A stretch of 64,000 nt of DNA from the NCBI GenBank assembly GCA_040954595.2, contig JBECUI020000025.1, positions 310,001 through 374,000 of the forward strand. Reading direction: 5' to 3'. Of this stretch, positions 41,655-52,881 are shown in pieces. The position numbers were made by a program, and so were the translations under genes. Position 1 is the stretch's first letter. Every line of letters begins with the position of its first letter. Below the pieces are notes generated by a model that was given only the letters and a program-made list of their open reading frames with translations, did not search any database and had not been told where the DNA came from. Origin of the DNA: Balanoglossus misakiensis. Its lineage: Eukaryota > Animalia > Hemichordata.

Positions 41655-42545
41655 TCAGTTTGTTGCACGAGCCGTTAGTCGTGCAACCAGATAACTACCA
41701 GTAATAATAATGGCAGTACCCAACACATAGAGAACTGTAATATTGCTATTGTGAAATATTACAGTATCAAAAATTACTCCCCATACAACTTGTGTATACT
41801 GCATGCTTAAACAAATACTCGCAGGTAGATATCGCAACGAAGTAGTAATACAATACTGCGATATTACATTAGTTAGCCCAGCAGAAACGAAAAGAAGGAG
41901 GTGAGCCGTCGAAAGTGGCCTGAGGTTTTCCCATCCCTCAATCCCTTGCATAACTGAAAAACCTAAAAGAGCAATAATGCTCGGATACATAATAACCAAG
42001 AACGGATCGTCATGTTGATGGTATCGACGAACAATCAATAGAATAAAGGAACTCAAAAGAACACCAACAGCAGAATAGAGATATGCCAGAGAAAAACCAC
42101 TACTCTCGAAAGGCAGTGCTATCAGGATTCCACCAAACCCACAGACAATAATGAAAGCAACTTTGCCCGAAATATACTCCTTAAAAAACAATCTTCCAAT
42201 AATGACGGTAACCATCGGCGTCATAAAAATAATTGTGTATACATTACTAAGAGGCAGTACTGCAAAAGATCGTATAAAAACGAGGGTAGCAACAGTAAGT
42301 AGGACCCCACGTATCAGCTGGAACTGGGGATGGATCAGTCGGAACGGAGAAAATGATCGTTGGCTGATAGATCGAAACACGTTAATGCCAACCATACAGA
42401 GGGTACCAACCAATCGCAAATAAAAACCAATGGTAATAGCCGAGTACCACTGCGATAGAACTTTGGTCTGCACATTGATAATACTAACAACAAAGAATCC
42501 CAATACCCCTAATAAAAGACCAAAGACATACCGCTTATTCACCAT
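41655..42545 (-). CDS. DMT/EamA family transporter
   Basis: ~10 TM segments, 'LPLSNVYTIIF', 'FFKEYIS'; paralog of the next gene. Confidence 0.85.
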   Translation of the reverse strand: MVNKRYVFGLLLGVLGFFVVSIINVQTKVLSQWYSAITIGFYLRLVGTLCMVGINVFRSISQRSFSPFRLIHPQFQLIRGVLLTVATLVFIRSFAVLPLSNVYTIIFMTPMVTVIIGRLFFKEYISGKVAFIIVCGFGGILIALPFESSGFSLAYLYSAVGVLLSSFILLIVRRYHQHDDPFLVIMYPSIIALLGFSVMQGIEGWENLRPLSTAHLLLFVSAGLTNVISQYCITTSLRYLPASICLSMQYTQVVWGVIFDTVIFHNSNITVLYVLGTAIIITGSYLVARLTARATN

Positions 42546-42592
42546 AATAGTATGTCATTGTAAAGGATTCACATGTATTATACAACGAATAT

Positions 42593-43480
42593 TTAACTAT
42601 GTGCCCGAGCAACCGTATAACTACTGGCAATAATAAGAATCGTTCCGATTATATAATAAATATTAAGTTGAAAAGTATGAAATAGAAGAGCATCAAATAT
42701 CCCACCCCAGATTAACTGGGTATATTGCATGCTCAGAGTAATACCAGCAGGAAGATGTCGCAAGGAGACAGTAATACAGTACTGTGCAAGTAATACCGAT
42801 GCACCCATACCGAAGAAGTATAGCAGATGAGAGGCTTCAACAAGTTGCAGTTGACTCCACCCATTCAAGGCATGTATACCGGCAAATCCCAAGAGAGCAA
42901 TGCAGGAAGGATACATAATAACAGAGAAGGGATGATCATGTTTGTGATACCTACGTATTATTAAGAACATAGGGGCTTCCAGCAAAATGCCAAGAATAAC
43001 AAACAAGTAGCCGATCGACATCTCGCCTGACTCGGGACGGATTGCAATAATAACACCAAGAAATCCAACCCCAATAGCAATGGCAACAGTACGGCTAATA
43101 TACTCCTTAAAGAAAATTCTCCCACACACAGCACTCACAATGGGGAGCATAAAAATAACAGTATAGGCATTACTCATGGGAAGAAGAACAAACGTGCGGA
43201 CAAACAATAACGAAATGAAAAAGATCATGACCCCGCGGGTAATCTGAGACCAGGGCTTAATGATCCGAAACGGTTCAAATGACCGCATACGAATAGCACG
43301 AATAGCGTTTATAAGTATGAGCAATCCCGATGAAACAATACGAATATAAAAAGCAGCCGTCATGGCAGAGTAATTGCCGCCAATCAGTTTTATTTGCATG
43401 TCGGATAAGCTAAAAAACAGAAATCCAAGTATACTTACTAAAAAGTATATACTAAAAGCAGAACTCGGTTTTTTAGCCAT
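42593..43480 (-). CDS. DMT/EamA family transporter
   Basis: ~10 TM segments, 'LPMSNAYTVIF', 'FFKEYIS', 'MQYTQ..WG'. Confidence 0.85.
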   Translation of the reverse strand: MAKKPSSAFSIYFLVSILGFLFFSLSDMQIKLIGGNYSAMTAAFYIRIVSSGLLILINAIRAIRMRSFEPFRIIKPWSQITRGVMIFFISLLFVRTFVLLPMSNAYTVIFMLPIVSAVCGRIFFKEYISRTVAIAIGVGFLGVIIAIRPESGEMSIGYLFVILGILLEAPMFLIIRRYHKHDHPFSVIMYPSCIALLGFAGIHALNGWSQLQLVEASHLLYFFGMGASVLLAQYCITVSLRHLPAGITLSMQYTQLIWGGIFDALLFHTFQLNIYYIIGTILIIASSYTVARAHS

Positions 43481-43489
43481 GGATAGAAC

Positions 43490-43930
43490 TTACTGCTGAC
43501 TTGAAGTATTGGAAAAATACTCCAATATCCATTTATTGGAAAAGCGAATCAGTTCTTTAAGAACAGGAATATTTATATCACTTAGTTTGTTAATATACAG
43601 ACAGGAAACCCCAGATTTATGTTTGCCCAATTTTGTAAGCAACTGCTTCATTTCCTTGGGCTCCCCCATTCCTGCCATAATATACAGAGTAAGAAAACGT
43701 TTGCGGGGAGAAAAGCCGCAAAGCGGCCAGTCGCCAGTACGTCCACTGGCATACGTATATTGATAGGAACTAAATCCAACAATACTTTCTCCCCACATGC
43801 AGGGTTTCTCCCCGCTTATTTCCTCCATAATTCGAGTAAGGGCATAACAATCCTCCCGACGTTCATTGTCCTCAACCGCTGCCAAGAACTCGTATACATC
43901 TTTATCCGTTGGTCTTGTTTTATTTGCCAC
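43490..43930 (-). CDS. DUF1801 (YdhG-like) protein
   Basis: 'NKT.PT', 'MWGESIVGF..Y.Y.YASGR.GDWP..GFSPRK', 'LGKHK.GVSCLYI.KL.D'. Confidence 0.9.
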   Translation of the reverse strand: MANKTRPTDKDVYEFLAAVEDNERREDCYALTRIMEEISGEKPCMWGESIVGFSSYQYTYASGRTGDWPLCGFSPRKRFLTLYIMAGMGEPKEMKQLLTKLGKHKSGVSCLYINKLSDINIPVLKELIRFSNKWILEYFSNTSSQQ

Positions 43931-43950
43931 TTATCTCAAACATTTCGGCA

Positions 43951-44448
43951 TTACCAACCGATCTGACTGCCGCGTGTAAGCGTAAATGTACAAGTGTCTT
44001 GAGAGAACAAATTGTTACTAATAAGCGTTCCCTGTCTCTGCTCCATTCCGTATGGATTACTTGTTACCGAATTCAATGTCAGATAGTAGTTGTAGTTATT
44101 ATAGTTTTCAGTAGAAAGGTTATATCTCATAGCTTCACGCGATAAAAAACTTCCGTAAGGCAGGGATACTTCCGCTTCCAAAAGTTCAATGTATCCAGTA
44201 TACAAGGTAATCTTCAGCTTAGTGCCTGATCGATACTGCACGAAATCAAGAACCATCCGACCAGTCGAGTTTCCCAGAACATTCCCCGCCCATGTTCCTT
44301 CCCATTGTTCAAGAACTCGATCATTCGACTGATCTTCATTTGATGTATCCTCATCTGAAAGAATTATAGCACATTCTCCAAAACTCATACTCATCAGGGA
44401 TACTACAAACAAAACAAAAAATACGTTCCAATGCTTTAAGCTTTTCAT
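43951..44448 (-). CDS. Secreted/lipoprotein, local family member A1
   Basis: Signal peptide with 'SFGEC'; paralog of 45142-45744. Confidence 0.7.
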   Translation of the reverse strand: MKSLKHWNVFFVLFVVSLMSMSFGECAIILSDEDTSNEDQSNDRVLEQWEGTWAGNVLGNSTGRMVLDFVQYRSGTKLKITLYTGYIELLEAEVSLPYGSFLSREAMRYNLSTENYNNYNYYLTLNSVTSNPYGMEQRQGTLISNNLFSQDTCTFTLTRGSQIGW

Positions 44449-44573
44449 AACCTTAACGTATGCATAAATATGAAAAATGGCAAGTCCTTTTTATAATTTT
44501 TAGTCAATAATAGACAAGTTTTTTGTTTCACGATTACTCAGTTTCTCCATCTGAATGATAGAAACGCCGCCAT

Positions 44574-44871
44574 TTAGTATTTAGAAAGCGTAAAGGAGGC
44601 ATTCTGACCCCCTGGACCGGTAATAGCAGCACTGAGTCGCGATAAAATTGGGTACTGCTCAATACTAAATGACACCTGATATCCGTCAATGATAACAGTT
44701 ACCGATCGACTATTGGTAACACTTGCCGAACCGTCTATTAATGGGAATGCGAGTCTTCCATCCTCTAAGGTAACATCGACCTTAGAAATCATTCCAATTT
44801 CCCGTGTTATTAAAATAACAATATCACCACTACTATACCCTTGAATATTTCCTTGCCATGTTCCTTCCCAT
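44574..44871 (-). pseudogene. 5'-truncated copy of the 45871-46299 gene (B1)
   Basis: Near-identical DNA to 45871-46168; signal-peptide region missing. Confidence 0.8.
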
Positions 44872-44914
44872 GGATTATTTTTTTGCCAAATTCATAAAAA
44901 AAATTAGAGTTAAG

Positions 44915-45120
44915 AATGCGGGGAGAAAAGCCACAAAGTAGCCGGTTACCAGTACGACCACTGGCATACGTAATACTGATAGGATGCAAATCCTACAATA
45001 TTTTCTCCCCGCTTATTTCCTCCATAATTTGAGTAAGGGCATAACAACCCTCCCGACGTCCATGTTCCTCAAGCACTGCTAAGAACTCATCCTTATTTAT
45101 TCGTCGGTCTTGTTTGCCAC
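44915..45120 (-). pseudogene. Degenerate fragment of the DUF1801 gene
   Basis: DNA similarity to 43700-43930 with internal deletions; 3' half missing. Confidence 0.8.
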
Positions 45121-45141
45121 TTTATCTCAAAAACTTCGTCA

Positions 45142-45744
45142 TTACCAATAATTCTGATTATTCTGATTATTCTGACGGAGCGTGAGGGTAAAGGAAGCAT
45201 TGTTTTGATACAAAGCATCAGTTTGATAGAAATTTGCCTCAGTAAGTTTGCCCTGTCTCTGCTCAATTCCGTATGGATTACCTGTTACCGCATCCAATGC
45301 CAGCATATAAGAGCCACGACTGTATTCAGGAGAAACAAAGTATTCTACAGCATCACGAGGTAAACCCCAACCGTAAGACTGGATATCTGCGTCTGCCTCC
45401 ACAATGTAGTCGTCGGTATATGACCCAGACAAGTAAAGCTCCAGCTTGGTGCCTGAGCGTTTCTGCACGACATAAAGAACTATCCGACCAGTAGAGTTTC
45501 CTTGAATGTTCCCCGTCCATATTCCTTCCCATCGTTCAAGAACTCGATCATTCGATTGATCATCATTGCCATACGGTTGCCGATCGTTATTGCCATACGG
45601 TTGCCGATCGTCATAGCCATACGGCTGCCGATCTTCATTCGATGTATCATCAGAAAGAACAATAGCACATTCTCCAAAACTTATACTCATTAGAGATACT
45701 ACAAACAAAACAAAAAATACATGCCAATGCTTTAAGCTTTTCAT
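45142..45744 (-). CDS. Secreted/lipoprotein, local family member A2, with 3x24-bp internal repeat
   Basis: Same N-terminus as A1; (DRQPYGxx)x3 encoded at ~45560-45632; NNQ tail. Confidence 0.7.
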   Translation of the reverse strand: MKSLKHWHVFFVLFVVSLMSISFGECAIVLSDDTSNEDRQPYGYDDRQPYGNNDRQPYGNDDQSNDRVLERWEGIWTGNIQGNSTGRIVLYVVQKRSGTKLELYLSGSYTDDYIVEADADIQSYGWGLPRDAVEYFVSPEYSRGSYMLALDAVTGNPYGIEQRQGKLTEANFYQTDALYQNNASFTLTLRQNNQNNQNYW

Positions 45745-45870
45745 AACCTTAACGTATGCACAAATACAAAAAAAAGCAAGTTTTTTTTAACTTTTTGTCA
45801 ATATATAGACATTTTTTTTGTTTCACCATTACCATACCTTTTCCATTAAGATAATAGAACTACGCAAGTA

Positions 45871-46299
45871 TTAGTATTTAGAAAGCGTAAAGGAGGCATT
45901 CTGACCCCTTGGACCGGTAATAGCACCACTCAGTCGCGATAAAATTGAGTACTGCTCAATACTAAATGACACCTGATATCCGTCAATGGTAACAGTTACC
46001 GATCGACTATTGTTAACACTTGCCGAACCGTCTATTAATGGGAATAGGCTTATTCCATTATCTAAGGTAACATCGACCTTAGTAATCATTCCAATTTCCC
46101 GTGTTATTAAAATAACAATATCACCACTACTATACCCTTGAATATTTCCTTGCCATGTTCCTTCCCATCGATCAACATCCCCCCCTACGGTAACGGAGCA
46201 CTCCACAAACCCAAGGCTTACAAAAGAAACCAAGACCACCAAAGCAAACATCGCATATTTTATTGAATTACTCATACCGCATAGTATAATACGACACAA
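45871..46299 (-). CDS. Secreted/lipoprotein, local family member B2
   Basis: Signal peptide with 'GFVEC'; shares 'WEGTW.GNIQG.S.G' with A1/A2. Start may be ATG 46275. Confidence 0.65.
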   Translation of the reverse strand: MCRIILCGMSNSIKYAMFALVVLVSFVSLGFVECSVTVGGDVDRWEGTWQGNIQGYSSGDIVILITREIGMITKVDVTLDNGISLFPLIDGSASVNNSRSVTVTIDGYQVSFSIEQYSILSRLSGAITGPRGQNASFTLSKY

Positions 46300-46547
46300 A
46301 AAAAAATCAATATTTTTTTGCCACGTTTCTATAAAAAAATTGCTGCTGTTTTTGTATCAAAGCATCTTCCTTTTCTGCACTCATTGGAAACAAAGCCTTT
46401 TCATAACTACTATGTTTTTTTTATAGGGTGATGTCCCAAGGAATCCTTTTCCATTGACATATTCTTTTTAATACATTTATATATGGTATATAATTTATAC
46501 GGAAAATCGGATAAGTCCTATCCGCATTAAATAAGGCAGGAAGAACA

Positions 46548-46976
46548 GTGAAAAGAAAAATTTTTATAGTATGCCTGACAGTACTGTTCGCATTACATGC
46601 AGAAAGCACACCCCCACCTTTGGGGTTTTTTGTTGGAAGGTATCTCTTAATCGGCAAAGACGTACCAACTGATACAAGTTACCACGGAACCATTGTGTTG
46701 GATTATATAGAAGAAACAAATCGCCTGAAAATGACAAGAACCATTCGAGAGCAATCCAGCAGGGGCTACGGACAGTTTGATTACCTTAGCCCTGATAAAA
46801 TACCCGTTTTGCGTTTTACATTTACAGAAGGACAAACAGAATACCAAACGCGATATATCTGGGCAATAGACCTAGATAATTATGCACGACTATCCGGAGT
46901 GGTGTATCAGACAATAGAAGGTTCTACCCCTCTAACAGGTATAGAAACGCTATTTTTTGACCATGGGGACTACTAG
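46548..46976 (+). CDS. Hypothetical secreted protein
   Basis: Signal peptide, 142 aa, beta-rich, 'DLDNYARLSG'. Confidence 0.6.
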   Translation: MKRKIFIVCLTVLFALHAESTPPPLGFFVGRYLLIGKDVPTDTSYHGTIVLDYIEETNRLKMTRTIREQSSRGYGQFDYLSPDKIPVLRFTFTEGQTEYQTRYIWAIDLDNYARLSGVVYQTIEGSTPLTGIETLFFDHGDY

Positions 46977-47173
46977 TTCAACGTGCAATCTCCTCAACAT
47001 TTTCTTTTCAGTGTAATGTCCGAAGAGAGACTACTCACAATATCTGTGAGTATATCCTTGTCAATATATTCATTATAGTATATAATTCACAACATGAAGA
47101 TGTCGGAGACGAACACGTTTTCGCGTTTTCGATATATCCGCATTGGATATTAAAACGATTTAAGGGATGTATT

Positions 47174-50119
47174 ATGCTTTATAAACTCAAAACTTTTTTC
47201 CTGCTTGGATTATTAATTAGTGTTTTTTCTTTCTTTGCTTGCACAAGCAGTGGGACAAAGGCAGAACTTATCAGTAAATATCAGTTGAACTATGGTTCTT
47301 GGCAGGCCATCATTCAGAATAATCAAACAACAATTCCCATTGCAATATCGGATATTCCTGATGATGCAGAAATTATTTACAGTGTAGTTCCCACGAACGA
47401 GGGAACTCCTATTGATGGAATTACTATTAGTGAACAAACCGGTGCCATTACCGTTGCCGGCTCCATACAACCGGGGAACTACGAAATTACAGTTATTGCT
47501 ACTGCAAATTCCCAAGGGTACAGCGGTACAATAGAAGTTTCGCTTACAGTAACTGTACACCCTTCATTAAGCACCTATACCTTCGATTATAGTGAGACTG
47601 TTGCAGTATCTTCTACAACAACAGAACTAACAATAGGAATGAACACGATCCCTGTTGCGGCTGCAGTTACCTATACTATAGCACCGGCTGAAGCAGGTAC
47701 ACCTATTGAGGGCATTAGTATTGATGAACAAACAGGTACGATTACAGTTGATGCCACCGTACAACCAGGGGACTACCCCCTTACTGTTACAGCAAGCCCG
47801 GGGTCTGCAAACTACGGTGATACTACGATCCTGAATTTCACCCTCTCCGTCCTGACTTCATTACACGACTTTACGTTCTCTTACAACAGTGCACTTATAA
47901 CATTATCAGGCATTGTTACCGATTTCGCCATACAATCCAGTACCATTCCTGTCGCGGCTACAGTTGCCTATGCTATAGCACCGACTGAAGCAGGTACACC
48001 TATTGAGGGCATTAGTATTGATGAACAAACAGGTACCATTACCATTGATACCACCGTACAATCAGGGGACTACCCCCTTACTGTTACGGCAACCCCAGGA
48101 TCAGCCGACTACGGACACACGATTGCTACAAACATTTTTGTCAAAATTGATCCGGTTACGAGTAACCTAGAATATAAAACAACTATGAACGTAGCATCAC
48201 AAAGCTACTTTAGCATTGGCGATATAGATAACCCGTTTTTATTGACACTGGCGGGCATAAGCGAAAAAACAGGATTATCGGCAGGACTAACAATACGAAA
48301 TCCTACTACGGGGGACATTCTCTATGACAATAATGCAGATGAAATTATTACTGTCAGTAACGGTGTTGTCGGTATCGGACCTACCATGCAATACGATCCT
48401 GACTGGCTTGCCATATCAGATAATGTCCAAACCGTGGAAATAGCACTATACATTACTAGGGATGACGAGTTATTTGATTCACTATTAATAAATAAAGACC
48501 TGAGCCCTACTACCGACATCTATACATGGCGAGATTTGCAGGCAATGCAGTACGATCTTGCTGCTGATTATATTGTACAAACTGATATTGCCTTCCCCTT
48601 GCCGGGAACATTCGCTTTCTCAGAACAAGGATTTATGCCGATCGGAAATGAAGCTACCCCCTTTACTGGGAGCATTGCGGGTCAGGTACCACAATCTACG
48701 ATTACCGATCTGTACATCAATAGACCAAACACAGCCTATATCGGGCTATTTGGAAAAATAGTAGGAGCTGCGGCTGCAGATTCCTTAATAAGCAATATTC
48801 ATCTGATTAATTCTGACATTACTGGTCATCAATATGTTGGAATACTTGCTGGGGCGGCTGTTTTGACAGATGTTACCGGCGTAGAAACTGCAGGCAGGGT
48901 TCTCGCAACTCGAGTCAATAGTGGTGATACATTTGCTTTTACAGGTGGACTTATTGGATACGGAGAGGATGTTACTATCGAAGCAAGCTCTTCTGCCTCA
49001 GTAGAAAATTCCGGCGATCACTTTGCTGGTGGACTGGTAGGATACCTTATAAATGGAAGCCTCACTGGAACTGCAAGTGGAAATGTTGTTGGTATCGATT
49101 ACGTAGGTGGTCTGGTTGGACAGGCTGCGTCTTCTGTTATAGAAGGAGGTGCAACTGGTACGGTAACCGGTGTCAACCAAGTGGGTGGCAGTATCGGGAG
49201 CCTTGGTACGGGTAGTGCTATCCTGTATGCAACCGGAGTCGTAACGGCAAATGGTAACTATGTGGGCGGTCTTATTGGTTATGCTAGCGTTAATGCAGAC
49301 CTATACGGGTATGCAACAGGAGATGTTACCGGTAACGATTATGTTGGCGGACTCATAGGAACTGTTGGGAACCCAATTGTAGTAAGAGATCTGACTGCAT
49401 CACAGAAGATACTGGGTTATGCCACTGGAAATGTAAATGGAAATGACTATGTTGGTGGATTATTTGGCGGAACGTTTTCCGAACTTAACGATCCCAGCAA
49501 TCCTAATGGATATGTCAGTGAATACATTGGCTACGCAACCGGAAATATAGATGGAAATAGCTATGTCGGTGGACTGATAGGATCCCAAGAGGGGCTTGTT
49601 ACCCGCCTTACCGGATATGCTGCTACAGTAATACAAACAGCTGCCAACCCCGCTACTACAGTGGGGGCAGTTCTGGGACAGTATAAGAGTGGGGATCTGC
49701 GTACCTACTACGATCAGTTGGCAGCAGGAGCCGGCATGACGGGCATTGGGAGTAGTACAACGAACAACTTACCTACTAATAGTTATGCAACCGCAGTAAG
49801 TCAGGAAACCAATCTGGAAATAGATGCTCGCGTAATTCCCGTCCAATACTTAGACGAGGATGGGGACATAAGGACCACATCAGGTGGAACTGAAATTTTT
49901 AACCAAACAGATCCAGCGACACCTCCAGATCCTCCGGTCCCTCATTTTGTTTTCTCTACCGGTGCCGGTACGGATGTGAATAATGACGGTATCTTTGATG
50001 AACTGGGAACATGGGTTTGGCTGCAAGCAGCCACCGCACCAGGAGGACGATGGCCGAATCTTTGGGATACAACAGAAAAAACGTATTTTGGTGACCAACC
50101 AGAACAGAAAAGCAATTAG
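47174..50119 (+). CDS. Large surface lipoprotein with three cadherin/Ig-like repeats and GLUG-motif repeats
   Basis: Lipobox 'FFAC'; 'GTPI.GI.I.EQTG.IT......G.Y..TV.A' x3; 'IYTWRDLQAMQ'; many 'ATG.V.G.DYVGGL.G'. Confidence 0.8.
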   Translation: MLYKLKTFFLLGLLISVFSFFACTSSGTKAELISKYQLNYGSWQAIIQNNQTTIPIAISDIPDDAEIIYSVVPTNEGTPIDGITISEQTGAITVAGSIQPGNYEITVIATANSQGYSGTIEVSLTVTVHPSLSTYTFDYSETVAVSSTTTELTIGMNTIPVAAAVTYTIAPAEAGTPIEGISIDEQTGTITVDATVQPGDYPLTVTASPGSANYGDTTILNFTLSVLTSLHDFTFSYNSALITLSGIVTDFAIQSSTIPVAATVAYAIAPTEAGTPIEGISIDEQTGTITIDTTVQSGDYPLTVTATPGSADYGHTIATNIFVKIDPVTSNLEYKTTMNVASQSYFSIGDIDNPFLLTLAGISEKTGLSAGLTIRNPTTGDILYDNNADEIITVSNGVVGIGPTMQYDPDWLAISDNVQTVEIALYITRDDELFDSLLINKDLSPTTDIYTWRDLQAMQYDLAADYIVQTDIAFPLPGTFAFSEQGFMPIGNEATPFTGSIAGQVPQSTITDLYINRPNTAYIGLFGKIVGAAAADSLISNIHLINSDITGHQYVGILAGAAVLTDVTGVETAGRVLATRVNSGDTFAFTGGLIGYGEDVTIEASSSASVENSGDHFAGGLVGYLINGSLTGTASGNVVGIDYVGGLVGQAASSVIEGGATGTVTGVNQVGGSIGSLGTGSAILYATGVVTANGNYVGGLIGYASVNADLYGYATGDVTGNDYVGGLIGTVGNPIVVRDLTASQKILGYATGNVNGNDYVGGLFGGTFSELNDPSNPNGYVSEYIGYATGNIDGNSYVGGLIGSQEGLVTRLTGYAATVIQTAANPATTVGAVLGQYKSGDLRTYYDQLAAGAGMTGIGSSTTNNLPTNSYATAVSQETNLEIDARVIPVQYLDEDGDIRTTSGGTEIFNQTDPATPPDPPVPHFVFSTGAGTDVNNDGIFDELGTWVWLQAATAPGGRWPNLWDTTEKTYFGDQPEQKSN

Positions 50120-50381
50120 GAGGTACTCAGCAAAAAACGATTTGAAGGATGTAAGCACTATGAAATGAATACTACAATGTACTGAGAACGGTTGATGTTA
50201 GCCCAGAAAAGCATTTGCCGAGATATTGATGCTTCAACTGGGACGAGTATAGCGTGATACATTTGCTCGTATGAATGCTTGTGTGCTCGGTTACTTTGTT
50301 CTCGATCTCGAAGAGAATACTAAGTTTATGATTGACTTTTGTTTCAGTAATGCTATTACTAAATAATAAGTAGGTCAAACC

Positions 50382-52814
50382 GTGCATTTTTTTAGAAAAG
50401 AAATAATAGGAATTATTATATGCTTTTCTTTTCCACTTTCTTTATTTAGTGAGCAAGTTACTGGAAAAGTAGTAATGCAAAACAAAGGGATATCGGACGT
50501 AAATATAGTCATACTAGAGTTAGACGAAATAACTATTAGTGATGAAAATGGGGATTTCTTTTTTGAAGACATTGATGCAGGGGACTATACCTTTAAGCTT
50601 ATCGCTCCGGGTGTAGAAGACATTGACTACTCCGTAACAGTCCCTATAGAAGATCTTCGTTTCGATATTTCAAATATTTCTGCTATTGACGAAGAAGTAG
50701 TAGTTATTACCGCAAAACAAGATGAAAATATTGATTCGAGCCAACGGGTTTTAACAGCAGAAGAAATACAAACCCTTCCTATTCCCAATAACAATCCTTT
50801 TACAATTGCTGTTGCAGACCCCGGGGTTATACCTGAAAAACAAGAGCTAGGAGTTTCAATAGCCGAAACACCGACAAGCTTGAAAACATATATAAGCGAT
50901 GCCGGCTTTTCCGTATTTGGAGCGGATACAAACTGGAACCGGTTTTATTTTAATTACATACAAATACCAACAAACTACCATCCTGCCAATTTTCTTACCT
51001 CAGTTATCAGTAGAGAAGTCGTTGGTAAAATAACAAACTATAAAGGAATCCCACCGGCTGATTTTATACCTATCTTGGGGGGAACAACTGTTATTGAACC
51101 GCGTGCTGATGATACAAATTTTCTCTTGGTAGGAATGAGCCCCGTTGAACCCAGAATACTGCTGAACTACAACGTAAAACGATGGCATGTATTTACATCA
51201 ATTCGTCAATCCATCGCGAATTATACATTGCTTCCCCTGATCAATTATATCAATAGAGAAGTACATAAACTAGATCACGCACCATTGACACATATGTTTT
51301 ACGGAGACTTTGTCTTTTCTCTTGATTACGTTGGAGATAGCAATCGGATAAATGTTACCTCGTTGGTATTCTATGATCTTCTGAGATACGACGGACGATT
51401 GATTAACATAGAGGACTATGTGGCAGCCCATGAACAACCGGTCTATGGCGCATTGGGTTTCTCATGGGATACATTAATACAAAATACGGGACAATTTCGC
51501 CTGACTAGCCACTTTTTCCTCTACGATGCCAAAAAAAAATGGGATAATGCTTATTCTGGACAGTCCTACCAATTCGAGGGCACTATTCGTTCTCATTTCT
51601 ACGATATTACTGCAAATACAACATGGGGCATTGGTACCAATCATGTACTAAAAGGGGGCATGAGCCTTGCATACAACAATCTCCATCTATACCATGACTA
51701 CTTGTTTGAGTACTACACGGAGGGTGCGTATGCAATTAACATGTCCCCGCCAGGTGGCAAACCCTTGCGTTTTTTAGAAGATATTATCCAAAATTACAAT
51801 TACTTTGAACATACGTACCAAAAAGATGATATTATTACTACTAATCATGTAGGATTAACCTGGCTTCTATTGCACGGAACCGCCTCTCCATCGCTTCGCC
51901 ACAACCTCTCATGGAATTTTGTTGAAGACTGGACATTCACTCTGACACTCGGCTGGGGCCCATCAATAATAGAAGGATTAAAATTTCTTGATCGTCGCTT
52001 GACCGAAGAAATTCTTATGCTTGCTGAGGGATACGGTACACTAGAAGATGTCAAACGGGCATCCTATGCAAAACCACCGATGGGATTTACATCTATTATG
52101 GAACTGAGTTGGGATTTGCCTGCTAACAACACCATCGCCATCTCTCCGTATTTCGTTTATTATTACAACCTCTCCGGCTTATTTCCCTCATTTCAGATTC
52201 ATACTAGTTCCAGAGAGAGACCATTAGGATACTTTTTATCTCTCATAGATGGAATTGCAAGTGGTGGCAGTATCGAATGGCGTTGGATTACCGATACAAA
52301 CAGACTCTCTCTTTCGTATACCGCTGCTATGGCCCTCTATCAAACATCAAAGCATGGCTGGATCCCACCTGACAATGACTACCGTCATCAAATTAAGTTC
52401 AGCTATATGCTCCGACATTCTCAATATTTTAATATGGGAATTATAGCAAGTGCATATTTTGATAAACCTTTTACACCGTTTACCAACGTAGTTGGTGGTG
52501 ATTATGAAGGGGATATTAATAAAAAAAGTGGTATCCCCATGTCAGCACGTGCCTACCTGCCTAAGCTCAGCCTTATTATAAACTTGAGCGGAAATTTTTT
52601 TGATAGTAAATACATACAGTTTAACTATCGAGTATCACTTGGGGATCTCTTGGCAGGCATTACCATAACTGATAATAAACTCTCCCCTGCCTTATCTAAT
52701 ACCATCGGGGCTTCTACTGAGATTGCTTCTCACCGAGACTTCACAGTTGGATATTTGCTTACGGAATTCTTACGTGGAGTTGAATTTGCCATAGAAATGA
52801 TTATTAAGTTATAG
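50382..52814 (+). CDS. TonB-dependent receptor-like outer-membrane protein
   Basis: N-terminal carboxypeptidase-regulatory-like domain ('SDENGDF.F.DI.AG.Y'), 'EEVVVITA', plug-like 'PGV', beta-rich body; upstream of exbB/exbD/tonB. Confidence 0.7.
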   Translation: MHFFRKEIIGIIICFSFPLSLFSEQVTGKVVMQNKGISDVNIVILELDEITISDENGDFFFEDIDAGDYTFKLIAPGVEDIDYSVTVPIEDLRFDISNISAIDEEVVVITAKQDENIDSSQRVLTAEEIQTLPIPNNNPFTIAVADPGVIPEKQELGVSIAETPTSLKTYISDAGFSVFGADTNWNRFYFNYIQIPTNYHPANFLTSVISREVVGKITNYKGIPPADFIPILGGTTVIEPRADDTNFLLVGMSPVEPRILLNYNVKRWHVFTSIRQSIANYTLLPLINYINREVHKLDHAPLTHMFYGDFVFSLDYVGDSNRINVTSLVFYDLLRYDGRLINIEDYVAAHEQPVYGALGFSWDTLIQNTGQFRLTSHFFLYDAKKKWDNAYSGQSYQFEGTIRSHFYDITANTTWGIGTNHVLKGGMSLAYNNLHLYHDYLFEYYTEGAYAINMSPPGGKPLRFLEDIIQNYNYFEHTYQKDDIITTNHVGLTWLLLHGTASPSLRHNLSWNFVEDWTFTLTLGWGPSIIEGLKFLDRRLTEEILMLAEGYGTLEDVKRASYAKPPMGFTSIMELSWDLPANNTIAISPYFVYYYNLSGLFPSFQIHTSSRERPLGYFLSLIDGIASGGSIEWRWITDTNRLSLSYTAAMALYQTSKHGWIPPDNDYRHQIKFSYMLRHSQYFNMGIIASAYFDKPFTPFTNVVGGDYEGDINKKSGIPMSARAYLPKLSLIINLSGNFFDSKYIQFNYRVSLGDLLAGITITDNKLSPALSNTIGASTEIASHRDFTVGYLLTEFLRGVEFAIEMIIKL

Positions 52815-52881
52815 ACTTTATAAAATTTAAGCGCTAGAACATTGTCTTATAAGACATATGGCTAGACAAAGGAAATAAAAG

